NCBI RefSeq assembly: GCF_000281045.1
Contig: NW_008246078.1
Coordinates: 647,279 to 667,278 of the forward strand
Direction: 5' to 3'
From: Saprolegnia diclina VS20
Taxonomy: Eukaryota
Length of the DNA stretch: 20,000 bases
Part shown: in pieces, positions 10,031 to 20,000 of the stretch
How positions within the stretch are numbered: position 1 is the stretch's first letter
Layout of the letters: each line of letters opens with the position of its first letter
Position numbers and translations under genes: made by a program
Notes under the pieces: model-generated
Seen by the model: the letters and a program-made list of their open reading frames with translations, nothing else
Database searches by the model: none
What the model was told of the DNA's origin: nothing

Positions 10031-10984
10031 CTACGACCTCTTGGCTGTAATGTATTTTCACATGATTACGTTGATGGATGGACATGTATGCATCGCTCAG
10101 CAGCGGGACGCTACGCTCGGCGGTGCGAGTGGCCATCGACCCCGTGCTGTGCCCAGCGACGCGACACGACCATGCGGCGTAAGACGAGTCGCCTCGCATC
10201 GAGCAACGATGCTCATGGGCCCTTGGGTGGACGCTGGCGCTTTGGCTACAGGAGCGCCGATGCGGCGGAATGGCCAACATTGCACTTTCCGTGAGATGCC
10301 TATTGCTCCTCGCAGGATAGTCGTTCATGCGTGCGCTTGGCTTCGAGACAGCCGTGCAGAGCGACTGGCTGCCGTGTGCGTCCCGTATCCCCACAGGCGG
10401 CTCCAGTCGTCGTTCCTCTTCCTGCCTGCCCATGTCCGTGTTGCTCTACACTTTACTGGCCATGCAGAGGCCACTCGTCGAGCTGCCCATTCACCATAAG
10501 GCTCCTCTCGCCCACGTAGTCCGAGCTAGTGCATCGCGCACCCTTTATCGGCCGTCGTTCCAATGCATGTAGGCCATGCTGACCGCTGCCATGGTGTGTG
10601 GCGCTGGCCACGGCAGGTTGCACGCTGTCGAGGCCCAGAATCCGTGCGTGGCTTTCGCATTCCTGCGCTCGACCAGCTCTCTCTAGCAGCCTTGCCGCCT
10701 CTCTAGACGCAGCCATCGTCGCTGCGCTACCATCCGCTCGGCAGCAGCTCGTGGCGACCTCGTACCTGCCTGCCTTGGCCAGACTGACTGACGTGTGGCG
10801 TACTTGTGTGAGCACCTCGGGTTCCGCGCAAGTGCGATTTTGAGGTCGAGCGTACTTACGTGAGACGCGGCCCTTGCCCCGTCAAGTGCGGTTTCGGGCG
10901 TATCCGGACAGCTTCGATCTTGAGCCGTCGTGGGAGTTTCCATTTTCGCCCAAGGCCGCGGACGGGGCTGGCGCGGACGACGGG

Positions 10985-11648
10985 ATGTTCAAGAACACGT
11001 TCCAGTCCGGGTTCCTCTCGATCCTCTACAGCATCGGGTAGGCTCTATACAGCGTGTGTGAAGGCGTCGTCTCTGAACGCGTCGGCTAACATTAGGAGCA
11101 AGCCGCTGCAGATTTGGGACAAGCAAGTCCGGAATGGGCACATCAAGCGCATTACGGACCAGGACATTCAATCGTCCGTGCTCGAGATCATGGGCACGAA
11201 CGTGAGCACGAACTACATTGCGTGTCCGGCGCTCCCGGCCAAGACGCTCGGCATCAAGCTGCCGTTCCTTGTCATGATCATCAAGAACCTCAAAAAGTAC
11301 TTTACGTTTGAGGTTCAGGTCCTCGACGACAAGAATGTGCGCCGACGCTTCCGCGCGTCCAACTACCAAAGCAGCACGCGGGTCAAGCCGTTCATTTGCA
11401 CGATGCCGATGCGTCTCGACGAAGGCTGGAACCAAATCCAGTTCAACCTCTCGGACTTTACGCGGCGCGCGTATGGCACGAACTACATCGAGACGCTCCG
11501 CGTCCAGATCCACGCGAATTGCCGCATTCGCCGCATTTACTTTTCGGACCGCTTGTACTCGGAGGAAGAGCTCCCGCCCGAGTTCAAGCTCTTCCTTCCG
11601 GTGCCCAAGGGTTCGGAGCCGCCGAAGACCGAAACCCTCGCCATGTAA
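10985..11648 (+). CDS. CFAP20: Cilia- and flagella-associated protein 20 (BUG22/GTL3), 201 aa, 2 exons
   Basis: Exon 10985-11037 ([18 protein letters not shown]), intron 11038-11095, exon 11096-11648 ([21 protein letters not shown]...[30 protein letters not shown]). This is the highly conserved CFAP20 sequence. Confidence 0.97.
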
Positions 11649-12295
11649 ACGACCTCATGACGGCGATGGACGCCATCAAACCACGAGACGAGACGATAAA
11701 ACCAAAGAAATTCATTCCATGTGCTTTATACTACGACCGATATATTCGACCCACCACTCCACAGTACAGTCGTCCACGAGACCCACGACGCACAGCCGAG
11801 AGCAGCACGCAGTCAAGAAGCATCGCAAAGCGCCACACGGTCGCTCGCTTTGGGGTGTTGCCTCTCGCAGGCTTGATGGAGTAGGCGAGGTTTGCTGAAG
11901 ATCCTGCTCGAGTCCATGACATGTAAGGAATCAAGTCGAACGACGGGCATGCCACCTCATCGTGGCAGTGCTCATCATGCACATAGCACAAAGCCGCGTG
12001 CTGCTTTATCCGTTGTTAGCACGTTGATGCGCCACTCTACTCTACTCTACTCTCTCGTATGCGCTTGCTGGGCGATCTGTGGTGTTGGTAGACGTCCTGC
12101 TTGCGCCGACGACGTCTCTTCTGTCCTCTCAGAGTAATTCCTCTGGCGCGGTGGTCAGACCATGCACCTTAGCATAGCAATGTATCGACGAATAGCAAGC
12201 AAATGTCCATGATAGACCCTGCCTGTGGCGGTCAGCACTTGCTTCGGCTCGATCCATCAGCATTCTTCACTTGCCAGTCGCACCATGGCATGCTA

Positions 12296-12616
12296 CTAGG
12301 CTCCTTCAGTGTATTGAGCTATGCTATCTATGCGTTCAGCAGTGTCCTCCATAGCCTGAGCATCATGCTCGGTAGGTCGGCCCGTCTCGTAGCCTTCCCC
12401 CGCCTTCGCCGGCGCGCTTTTCGCAGCTCCAAAGACACTGCAACCTCTCCACGCAAATAGTGTATAGTTGAAATTGTCGTCCCAGAATGAAGCAAAGTCC
12501 GCCAAAGCACGTATGAATCGCCTCGAAACGCCTTAATTCGTCAGACCCACGCAGGCCGTGACGGCGATCAAGGTTGCTGCACCGAACAGCTTCGTAGTCT
12601 GCGTGCCTGCAGGCAT
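12296..12616 (-). CDS. Possible small spliced single-TM protein divergent from SerRS
   Basis: ATG 12616 gives MPAGTQTTKLFGAATLIAVTACVG. After an AT-richer stretch containing a TAA, the same frame continues SVFGAAKSAPAKAGEGYETGRPTEHDAQAMEDTAERIDSIAQYTEGA*. An intron is required, and the best candidate (12546-12445) has a weak GAG acceptor. Confidence 0.3.
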
Positions 12617-12698
12617 CCCGCTGTGCACACGATTTCGGTGCGTATACGGATCCTCCGGATAATATGGAAACGCTGGTTTGCGGGTCATTTTGGCATCG

Positions 12699-14108
12699 AT
12701 GGCTCTGCGGTACTGCGTGCGTCGCTTCTCGACGGGGCCGACGCCGATCAAGTCGCGCTTGGACTTCAAGGCGCTCGTCGCGAACGTAGATGCTGCTGTC
12801 CGCAACGTGGCCGTGCGCAAGAGCGGCGGCGATCCGGCCCGCGTGGCCTCGCTCTACACGACGCATGCGCAGCAGACGCAGCGCGTGAACCTGTTGCGCC
12901 AAGAGCGCAATGCACTCGCCAAGCAAGGCGCGGACGAGGCCGCGCGCCTTCGTGGCCGCGACATCAAGCTCGAGATTCAGGCGCTGGAAACCTCGTTGTC
13001 GCAGCTCACTGACGACATGGTATTCTCGCTATAGCGTGGCCATCTCTGCACCCTCTGTCGATCTAGGAACGCGAGGCGCTCCTCTTGCCCAACCACACGC
13101 ACCCGGAGAGTCCGCATGGGCCCGAAGAGAACTCGGTTGTCAAGCACACGATTGGCACCAAGCCGACGTTTTCGTTTCCGCCCAAGGACCACCTCGACCT
13201 CGCGACCGACCTCGACATCCTCGACATGAACTCCAAGATGGCCGGCTCGCGCTTTGCGACGCTCAAGAACGACGGCGCGATGCTGGAGCTGGCGCTCGTT
13301 CACTGGAGCATGGCCAAGTTGCGCGCCAAGGGCTTCGTCGTGCACTTGCCGCCCGACGTCGCCCATGCGAGCATCGTCGAAGGCTGCGGCTTCCAGCCCC
13401 GCGGCGAGGCCACGCAAGTCTACTCGGTCGCCAACTCGGACTTGTGTCTCGTGGGCACGGCCGAGATCCCGCTCGCAGCGCTGCACGCCGACTCGATTCT
13501 CTCGACGGCCGAGCTGCCGCTCAAGGTCGCGGCGTTTGGCCACTGCTTCCGCACCGAGGTGGGCCACGGCGGCAAGGACACGCGTGGTCTCTACCGTATC
13601 CACCAGTTTAGCAAGGTCGAGATGTTTGCCTACGGTATCACTCGTCGTATCGATGGGCGAGGCTGTATACCGCGCTGGTGTAGGCACGCTCGACCAAGCC
13701 GAGACGTTGATGCAAGAGCTTTTGGATGTGCAAATGGAGATTGTGTCGGAGCTCGGGCTGCACGCGCAGGTGGTCGACATGGCCACCGAAGACCTCGGGG
13801 CTCCGGCGTACCGCAAGTTTGACATCCTCGCCTACATGCCGGGCCGCGGCAGCTACAACGAGATTTCGAGCTTGAGCAACTGCACCGACTACCAAGCGCG
13901 GCGCCTCAACATCCGCCACAAGAGCGAGGCGGAGAAGACGCAGTTTGTGGCGACCTTGAACGGCACGGCCTGTGCGATCCCGCGGCTCATCATTAGCATC
14001 CTCGAGAGCTTTCAGGAGGCCGACGGCGCCGTGCGCATCCCGGATGTGCTGCGACCGTACTTTGGCGGCCTCGAACGTCTGACCAAGCCGACTCGAAAGA
14101 CCAAGTAA
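12699..14108 (+). CDS. SARS2: Seryl-tRNA synthetase, probably mitochondrial, ~437 aa, 3 exons
   Basis: Exons 12699-13019, 13067-13634 and 13684-14108. N-terminal coiled-coil arm, LPNHTHP, LVGTAEIPL, CFRTEVG..RGLYRIHQFSKVEMF (motif 2), EISSLSNCTDYQARRLNIR, TLNGTACAIPR (motif 3). Presequence-like start MALRYCVRRFST. Confidence 0.94.
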
Positions 14109-14862
14109 GCGTAAGACGACAAAGACGAGAGCATCCGCTAGTACAGGCGTGGCGACGATCTCGTGTTGGGTGCAAATACGGAGAGAGGGACGATCCATGG
14201 AACCTGGCTGGTCACACGTTCGATGCGACCGTCCACAACCTCTGGGAATACATGTGTAGCACTCGCGTTTGGCTTCCTTTCACTTCCCCCCGTCGCCCCC
14301 AAGCGGAAAAAACACCCGCGTTGGATTCGCGTTTTTTTGGCGACATCCTGCACAGGATACTTTGGTCGTGGAAGCAGGCAGAGGCGCTTCAGTGCACTTG
14401 TTGTATGGCCTATCCCCTTGCCGATCCAGTGCTGTTGCTGTAGGTACACCGTAGACGAGGCATACACGCTTGTGGAGAAGAAACCGAGGGGCGTGCAGGG
14501 GCGTTGGAAGCACGCGTGGGCTCCAGCGCCAGCGTTCGTGTTTGTGCGACGCCAGACCGGGCACAGGAAAGCCACCCAAGAGTCAAAAAGATCGACGACG
14601 ACGACCAAGCCACCACCAACTTCAACTCGTTGCGCAATCCCACGGAAAAAAACCCAATCAAACGCCAATGAAACGATGCGCACATTGAGGCGCGGCGCTT
14701 GGTAATCATAAGCGTGCCATCCCCGGGCTGATCCTCGCCGAATCCGCGCTCTAGTCTTTTTCTCTATACCGAATTTCATAGCATCTTGGCTGGGCGCCTG
14801 GGACACACCCATGCAAGCTGGTTGCACTTGGACCCTTGACCGCTTGAAGGATGTGGCGGCGT

Positions 14863-15072
14863 CATTTGATTGGCGGCTCGACTTGAAACGCAAAAGAAGA
14901 CGCGCCGTCGTCACAAAAAACAAACCAATCACAGTCGTTGTCCGACCCGTCACCGGTCCCCACCTCTCGGACTTGATATTTTCCGGATCTCGGGTGTCGT
15001 TACCTGTATCACTTTATACTATCCGATCTGAGAGGTGGATATCTTTCGCTGCGGACCTCACTTTTCACTTTT
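14863..15072 (+). promoter_or_regulatory. PEPCK promoter: CCAAT boxes and oomycete INR+FPR-like core element
   Basis: CATTTGATTGGCGG at 14863-14876, AACCAATCA at ~14923, and CTCACTTTTCACTTTT at 15057-15072 just before ATG 15096. Confidence 0.6.
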
Positions 15073-15095
15073 GGATTTGCCTCCTCCGCATCAAG

Positions 15096-16757
15096 ATGAT
15101 GTCTGTCCTCCGCCGCGCCGCCACCGTCGCCGCCAAGCAGCAGCCCTACGCCGGCACGTGGGTGCGCGCCATGAGCAGCCTCCCGAGCCTCGAGACGGTC
15201 GGCCTCAAGACGACGGGCCAGGTGTTCCGCAACTTGAGCTACGCCGAGATCGCCGAGCACGAGCTCAAGAACGGCGAGGGCGTCTTTGTCAAGAACGGCA
15301 CGTTCAAGGTCGACACGGGCAAGTTCACCGGTCGGTCGCCCAAGGACAAGTACTTTGTCGAGCAGGCGCCGTCCAAGGACAACATTTGGTGGGGTTCGAT
15401 CAACCAGCCGATGAAGCCCGAGGTGTTTGACGAGCTCCACGACGTGGTCAAGCAGCACTACAACGCCGCCGAGAAGGTGTACGTCTTTGACGGCTACTGC
15501 GGCGCCAACCCCAACTCGCGCAAGCGCGTCCGCATCATTACGGAGCTCGCGTGGCAGCACCACTTTGTGACCAACATGTTCATCCGCGCGACGACCAAGG
15601 AAGAAGTCGAGAACTTTGAGCCCGACTTTACGATCATCAACGCGTGCAAGGTCACCGATACCGAGTACAAGAAGCACGGCCTCAACTCGGAAGTGTTTGT
15701 CGGCTTCAACATTGAGAAGAACGTGGCCATCATTGGCGGCACGTGGTACGGCGGCGAGATGAAGAAGGGCATCTTCTCGATGATGAACTACTGGCTCCCG
15801 CTCGAAAAGATCATGGCCATGCACTGCTCGGCCAACAAGGGCAAGAACGGCGATACCGCCCTCTTCTTTGGCCTCTCGGGCACGGGCAAGACGACCTTGT
15901 CGGCCGACCCGCAGCGCTACCTCATCGGCGACGACGAGCACGGCTGGGACGACGAAGGCATCTTCAACTTTGAGGGCGGCTGCTACGCCAAGACGATCAA
16001 CCTCAGCGAGGAGAACGAGCCTGATATCTACCGCGCCATCAAGCGCGATGCGATGCTCGAGAACGTCTGGATCACGGAGAACAACGAGCCCGACTACTAC
16101 AACACGTCCAAGACGGAGAACGGCCGCGTCTCGTACCCGATCCACCACATTGACAACCACGAACCGACGTCGAGCGGTGGCCACCCCAACAACATCATCT
16201 TCCTCACGTGCGACGCCTACGGTGTGCTCCCGCCCGTCTCGAAGCTCACGCCCGGCCAGGCCCAGTACCACTTCCTCTCGGGCTACACGGCCAAGGTCGC
16301 CGGTACCGAGCGTGGCGTGACGGAGCCGACGGCGACGTTCTCGGCCTGCTTCGGCGCGGCCTTCCTCCCGCTCCACCCGACCAAGTACGCCGATCTCCTC
16401 CAGGAGAAGATCCAGACGCACAAGTCGGACGTGTACCTTGTCAACACGGGCTGGACCGCCGGTGGCTACGGCGTCGGCAAGCGCATGTCGATCAAGGACA
16501 CGCGCGCCTGCATTGACGCGATCCTCGACGGCTCGATCAAGAAGTCGGAGTTCTCGACGGACCCGATCTTTGGCCTCGCGACGCCCAAGACGCTCGGCGC
16601 GATCTCGCCCTCGATCCTCAACCCGCGTGATGCCTGGGAGGACAAGGCCGCGTACGACGCGACCGCCAACAAGCTCGCTGGCATGTTCAAGGCCAACTTC
16701 CAGAAGTACATCTCGAAGGAGCACACCGACTACTCCAAGTTCGGCCCCCTTGTCTAA
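15096..16757 (+). CDS. pckA: Phosphoenolpyruvate carboxykinase (ATP), 553 aa, with N-terminal mitochondrial-type presequence
   Basis: [48 protein letters not shown] (P-loop), [26 protein letters not shown]. Intronless with extreme GC3. True start is likely MMSVLRR at 15096 rather than 14811. Confidence 0.97.
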   Translation: MMSVLRRAATVAAKQQPYAGTWVRAMSSLPSLETVGLKTTGQVFRNLSYAEIAEHELKNGEGVFVKNGTFKVDTGKFTGRSPKDKYFVEQAPSKDNIWWGSINQPMKPEVFDELHDVVKQHYNAAEKVYVFDGYCGANPNSRKRVRIITELAWQHHFVTNMFIRATTKEEVENFEPDFTIINACKVTDTEYKKHGLNSEVFVGFNIEKNVAIIGGTWYGGEMKKGIFSMMNYWLPLEKIMAMHCSANKGKNGDTALFFGLSGTGKTTLSADPQRYLIGDDEHGWDDEGIFNFEGGCYAKTINLSEENEPDIYRAIKRDAMLENVWITENNEPDYYNTSKTENGRVSYPIHHIDNHEPTSSGGHPNNIIFLTCDAYGVLPPVSKLTPGQAQYHFLSGYTAKVAGTERGVTEPTATFSACFGAAFLPLHPTKYADLLQEKIQTHKSDVYLVNTGWTAGGYGVGKRMSIKDTRACIDAILDGSIKKSEFSTDPIFGLATPKTLGAISPSILNPRDAWEDKAAYDATANKLAGMFKANFQKYISKEHTDYSKFGPLV

Positions 16758-17033
16758 ACCTCTATATACTTCCCCTGTACTTTGCTGTCCTTACCGTTCT
16801 TGCCTTGATACTGACTTGATACTCTGCACCCAAGGCCCATGTAGCTGTATGCGCCCAACGCCGGCGAAGACCTCAATGACCAAGTGCCTGCTCTGCCGAG
16901 GTATCGCACCGCATGATGACACCAGGCGGCGGATCGAACCCCGCAGCTCAAGCCATTGTCGACAGAGACCACGAAGATGGTCAATCTCGTCAAAATGGTC
17001 GATAATGTTGCAAAAGCAGCTGATTCTACCACG

Positions 17034-18407
17034 TTAAAACTCAATGCCATAGACTGCGTAGCCGACCCATGGGCCCATATGGCGGTCGTCGACCTTCTCG
17101 AGACGCGCTTGGTGCGCTTGAAGCACGTTCACGATGGCGTCATGGCCGTAGAGCTGCGCGACGGGCAGCGCGCGCTGCGAAAACCCTTCGACCCGATTTT
17201 CGCAGAGGAAGCGGACGACGTGGAGGTGGCCGCTGGCCGCCGCGCCATCGATCGCAAAGAGCGACGCGCCTTCGTCCCGATGCGTATGTAAATACTGCAC
17301 GACGTGCAAATGGCCGTGGTCCGCTGCTTGGTCCATCGCATCGGTCGTACACCCGACATTGAGATGGTGTTGGGTCAGGTAGGCGACCACGTCGAGGTTG
17401 CCAGCACTTGCTGCGAGGGTCATGGCGTCGACGGTGCCTTCGAGGCCGTACGAGTCGTGAAGGAGCGCGAGAATCTCGACCGACCCGAGCGCTGCCGCGC
17501 GATCAAAGGTCGTGTTGGACGCGCCCGGCACAGCCAGCGCCTTTAGAAAGTGCAAAATCGCCAAGTGCGGGCGGAGACCAACGTAATACCACACGCCGGG
17601 CGTCATGTGCACGTCATATGTGGCCATGAGGTGCTGTAAGAGCGCCACGTCATGGCACACGACCGCCTTGTTGAGCATCGAGTTGGTGACGGCGTCCGGA
17701 AACATCGCCGTGAGCGCGTAGACCAGGTCAACGTGACGGCCCATGATGGCCGCCTTGATCGCATGCCGCGCTGCGCGGTCTGCGCCCGGCAGGCGGAGAA
17801 GGTATAAGGCTACCTCCAGATGCCCGCGCGCCGCCGCTTGCTGGATTGCGTCGTGGATCGTCGCGGCCAATGGTACGTGGGGTGCCCAGCGGGTAAGTAG
17901 AGACAAGTGGCCTTCGCGTGCGGCCATGCAGAAGGCCTCGTGCACCATCGACGAGACATCCTCGATGGCCGAGATAAGAAATGCAGTGACGGCCTGCTGG
18001 CCAAACTTGGCGGCCGACACAAGAGCGCGCGCTGGCAGCGGCGTGCACTGATGGTAGCGCTCGAGACGAGCCATGTCACCGAGGGCCGCAGCCATGCACA
18101 CGGCCAGCAGCGTCGTCGAGCGATCTGCCTTGACGTTGGCGACCGAGAGACCGAGGTCGAGAAGCTCCAGTTCGTTTGGTGACGTCCGCAGAAGACCCTC
18201 GAACGCGGTGCAGAGCGCATCGGTGGTAAGCAAGATGGCCTCGCGCTGGTGCTGGCCTTTTTGGAGGGGCCGTTCGTGAAGCCGGAACGACGCTTGAAAG
18301 GCGAGGAGACTTTGGTAGAGCCCGCCTTGGTACTGCGTCATGCAGGAGAAGAGGCAGGCATTCGACAAGACGGCGTGGGCCGACGAGCACGATGGAGGTG
18401 TCACCAT
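17034..18407 (-). CDS. Ankyrin-repeat protein, ~457 aa (alternative start 18491)
   Basis: Repeats: AAREGHLSLL, AAARGHLEVALYL, AAALGSVEILALL, AMTLAASAGNLDVVAYL, AMDQAADHGHLHVVQYLHTHRDEG, AIDGAAASGHLHVVRFLCENRVEG. Confidence 0.9.
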   Translation of the reverse strand: MVTPPSCSSAHAVLSNACLFSCMTQYQGGLYQSLLAFQASFRLHERPLQKGQHQREAILLTTDALCTAFEGLLRTSPNELELLDLGLSVANVKADRSTTLLAVCMAAALGDMARLERYHQCTPLPARALVSAAKFGQQAVTAFLISAIEDVSSMVHEAFCMAAREGHLSLLTRWAPHVPLAATIHDAIQQAAARGHLEVALYLLRLPGADRAARHAIKAAIMGRHVDLVYALTAMFPDAVTNSMLNKAVVCHDVALLQHLMATYDVHMTPGVWYYVGLRPHLAILHFLKALAVPGASNTTFDRAAALGSVEILALLHDSYGLEGTVDAMTLAASAGNLDVVAYLTQHHLNVGCTTDAMDQAADHGHLHVVQYLHTHRDEGASLFAIDGAAASGHLHVVRFLCENRVEGFSQRALPVAQLYGHDAIVNVLQAHQARLEKVDDRHMGPWVGYAVYGIEF

Positions 18408-18981
18408 GTTGGGCACTTGGTATGTGACGTCGACGGACGTTTTGACCGTTGGCACGCGCCGCCATACTGCGCCTCTCCCGTTATGAGCCATCTCGTGGTC
18501 CGCACCAACAATTTATGAAACGCAAATGCACTAGCAACGAAGAGAGAAAGGTGATGCGGCCCCACAACACCAGGACGCACAAAAATTGCTGGTGATGTGG
18601 CCTGCAACGTGGCATGGAAGAAAGCCTGAAGCGAGAGACTTCGTCAGTTCTTCAACTCGAACAAGTGCAATGTGGGGCTTTGACCACACTATTTGCGTGC
18701 CATCACGAGAGCACGCCACGTAGAAAACATGTGTCAGTCCTTCCAAGATTGAGGGCGTTCGCCAATAGCGATGCCAGTTTACGAGCCTCGAGTAGTAGTA
18801 ACGCGTCTACGCTATGAGTCTTATCGTTTCGAGACTACCAGTGCCGGAACTTGGTTTTGCCAGGCGGCGCGTGGCCATGCCACACGGGTCGTCGCCGGCG
18901 TGGAGCATTCGGCCAATCAAAAGGCAGCAAAACGGCCGGCCGATCTTGGCACGTCAGTTTTCTATTGACGTGGCAGCACGC

Positions 18982-19899
18982 ATGACAACGATCTTCCACA
19001 CGCTCCCGGACGAAGTCTTGGACCAGATCCTTGGCTGCTGCAAACGACCGAGTCAAATTGCACTCGCTACTGTCTTGCCATCAGCGTCCCAGTACCTCTT
19101 GCGTGCCAAGCGCGACGACCATTTGCGGGCGCTGCGGGACCGTCCGTCACCGGCCAAGGCCATCGAGCAAGCGCACTACTGCTGGCTTCCGGCTTCCATT
19201 TCAAAGACAAACGACGCCATTGCTTTCCAAGAAGCTTGTCGCAGCGACGACGCAGAGGCGATCTTGGATATGTGGAGCCATGCGCGGATCATGGCGCTGC
19301 CGACGGCCCTCCGTCACACGTGCATTTGGACGCGCCTTGAGGACATTGAGCACCGCTGCGCACGGGAATCCTTCTTGCTCGCCGCGCTGGACCACGGCTG
19401 GGTGCAGCCACATGCTGCCTACTGGACCATTGTCGCTTCGCCCTCGATTGACGCATGCAACGTGGCCCGCGACCGCGTGCAGCAACAGCTGCCGCTTCTT
19501 GTCGCTGCACAAAATGGCTACTGGCGCATCGTCCACCGGCTTCTTGACACCTTTCGTGGTGCGAACGCGACCAAGCGCATGGTGCTTGGCGTGCTCGCCG
19601 CAGCGTTTTATCACGGCGAGCGGTCCGTGATCGAGCGGCTCGTCCGGAACTTTCAGCTGGAGCGACGCATCCCGCGACGCTTGGCGACGAGCATCTTTCG
19701 GCAGCGACAGCCTGTCGACACACTGGAAACAGCCGTCGCTTTCGGTTGGCGACACATTCTCGGCTGGCTCGAGCCGTCGCTGGATGGTCTCCTTCAGTGG
19801 AGGCAAGCCGCGTGGACGACGCCGCAACGACGACCCAGCTCGCTGCTGCTCACGACAACATACTTGGGAAAGAGAAGTCGTTATCTCATTGAGCCATGA
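18982..19899 (+). CDS. Hypothetical protein with N-terminal F-box-like motif and a degenerate ankyrin-like repeat, ~305 aa
   Basis: Starts MTTIFHTLPDEVLDQILGCC (LPxE(V)LxxI F-box pattern) and contains LPLLVAAQNGYWRIVHRLLDTF. A CCAAT box (GCCAATCAAA, 18912-18921) lies upstream of ATG 18982. Confidence 0.65.
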   Translation: MTTIFHTLPDEVLDQILGCCKRPSQIALATVLPSASQYLLRAKRDDHLRALRDRPSPAKAIEQAHYCWLPASISKTNDAIAFQEACRSDDAEAILDMWSHARIMALPTALRHTCIWTRLEDIEHRCARESFLLAALDHGWVQPHAAYWTIVASPSIDACNVARDRVQQQLPLLVAAQNGYWRIVHRLLDTFRGANATKRMVLGVLAAAFYHGERSVIERLVRNFQLERRIPRRLATSIFRQRQPVDTLETAVAFGWRHILGWLEPSLDGLLQWRQAAWTTPQRRPSSLLLTTTYLGKRSRYLIEP

Positions 19900-20000
19900 A
19901 TAAACACTCGGGATTGTACTCTAGTTGGTGTCGACTGACATAGGACACTGTTCTGCACTCCGACAGGAAAATCACCACGTTGGCAAGTACCGAGTAAAAG

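Noticed and set aside
10031..10984. Overlapping ORFs between the SYLF gene and CFAP20
   Set aside because: Ala/Arg-rich translations as expected from GC-rich DNA; no recognisable product. A decayed gene cannot be excluded.
12035..12056. Short (CTCTA)n microsatellite
   Set aside because: Only about three units; ordinary low-complexity intergenic sequence.
14138..14953. 271-aa minus and 180-aa plus ORFs between SerRS and PEPCK
   Set aside because: No codon bias or domain motifs. The region holds A-tracts and several CCAAT boxes, consistent with the PEPCK upstream region.
14811..15095. N-terminal extension of the PEPCK ORF
   Set aside because: It runs through promoter motifs and lacks coding bias, so ATG 15096 is the better start.
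15009..16724. 571-aa antisense ORF over PEPCK (and similar antisense ORFs over the SYLF, SerRS, CFAP20, GH5 and THUMP genes)
   Set aside because: Shadow ORFs produced by the strong GC3 bias of the real gene; no recognisable motifs.
1..20000. CRISPR arrays, tRNA or rRNA genes
   Set aside because: No regularly spaced repeats or recognisable structural RNA sequence seen by eye. tRNAscan-SE/Infernal would be needed to exclude small RNAs.

Overview
Eukaryotic, gene-dense, GC-rich DNA with short GT-AG introns (46-85 nt), CCAAT boxes and INR/FPR-like core promoters. This is typical of an oomycete, and the gene style suggests the Saprolegniales (inference). Genes in order: an 8-exon tyrosine recombinase/integrase-like gene with a complete catalytic set (possibly 5'-truncated by the window edge); a 110-aa hypothetical protein; a membrane-anchored GH5 endoglucanase; a THUMP-domain protein; QCR8; a Ysc84/SYLF protein with a C-terminal Cys4 finger; CFAP20/BUG22; a probable mitochondrial seryl-tRNA synthetase; ATP-dependent PEPCK with a presequence; and a divergent pair of an ankyrin-repeat gene and an F-box-like gene. 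The most interesting item is the heavily spliced, apparently intact tyrosine recombinase. It is fragmented in the ORF track, lies among ordinary host genes, and is followed by a perfect 18-bp palindrome. All gene models were spliced by hand and no searches were run.
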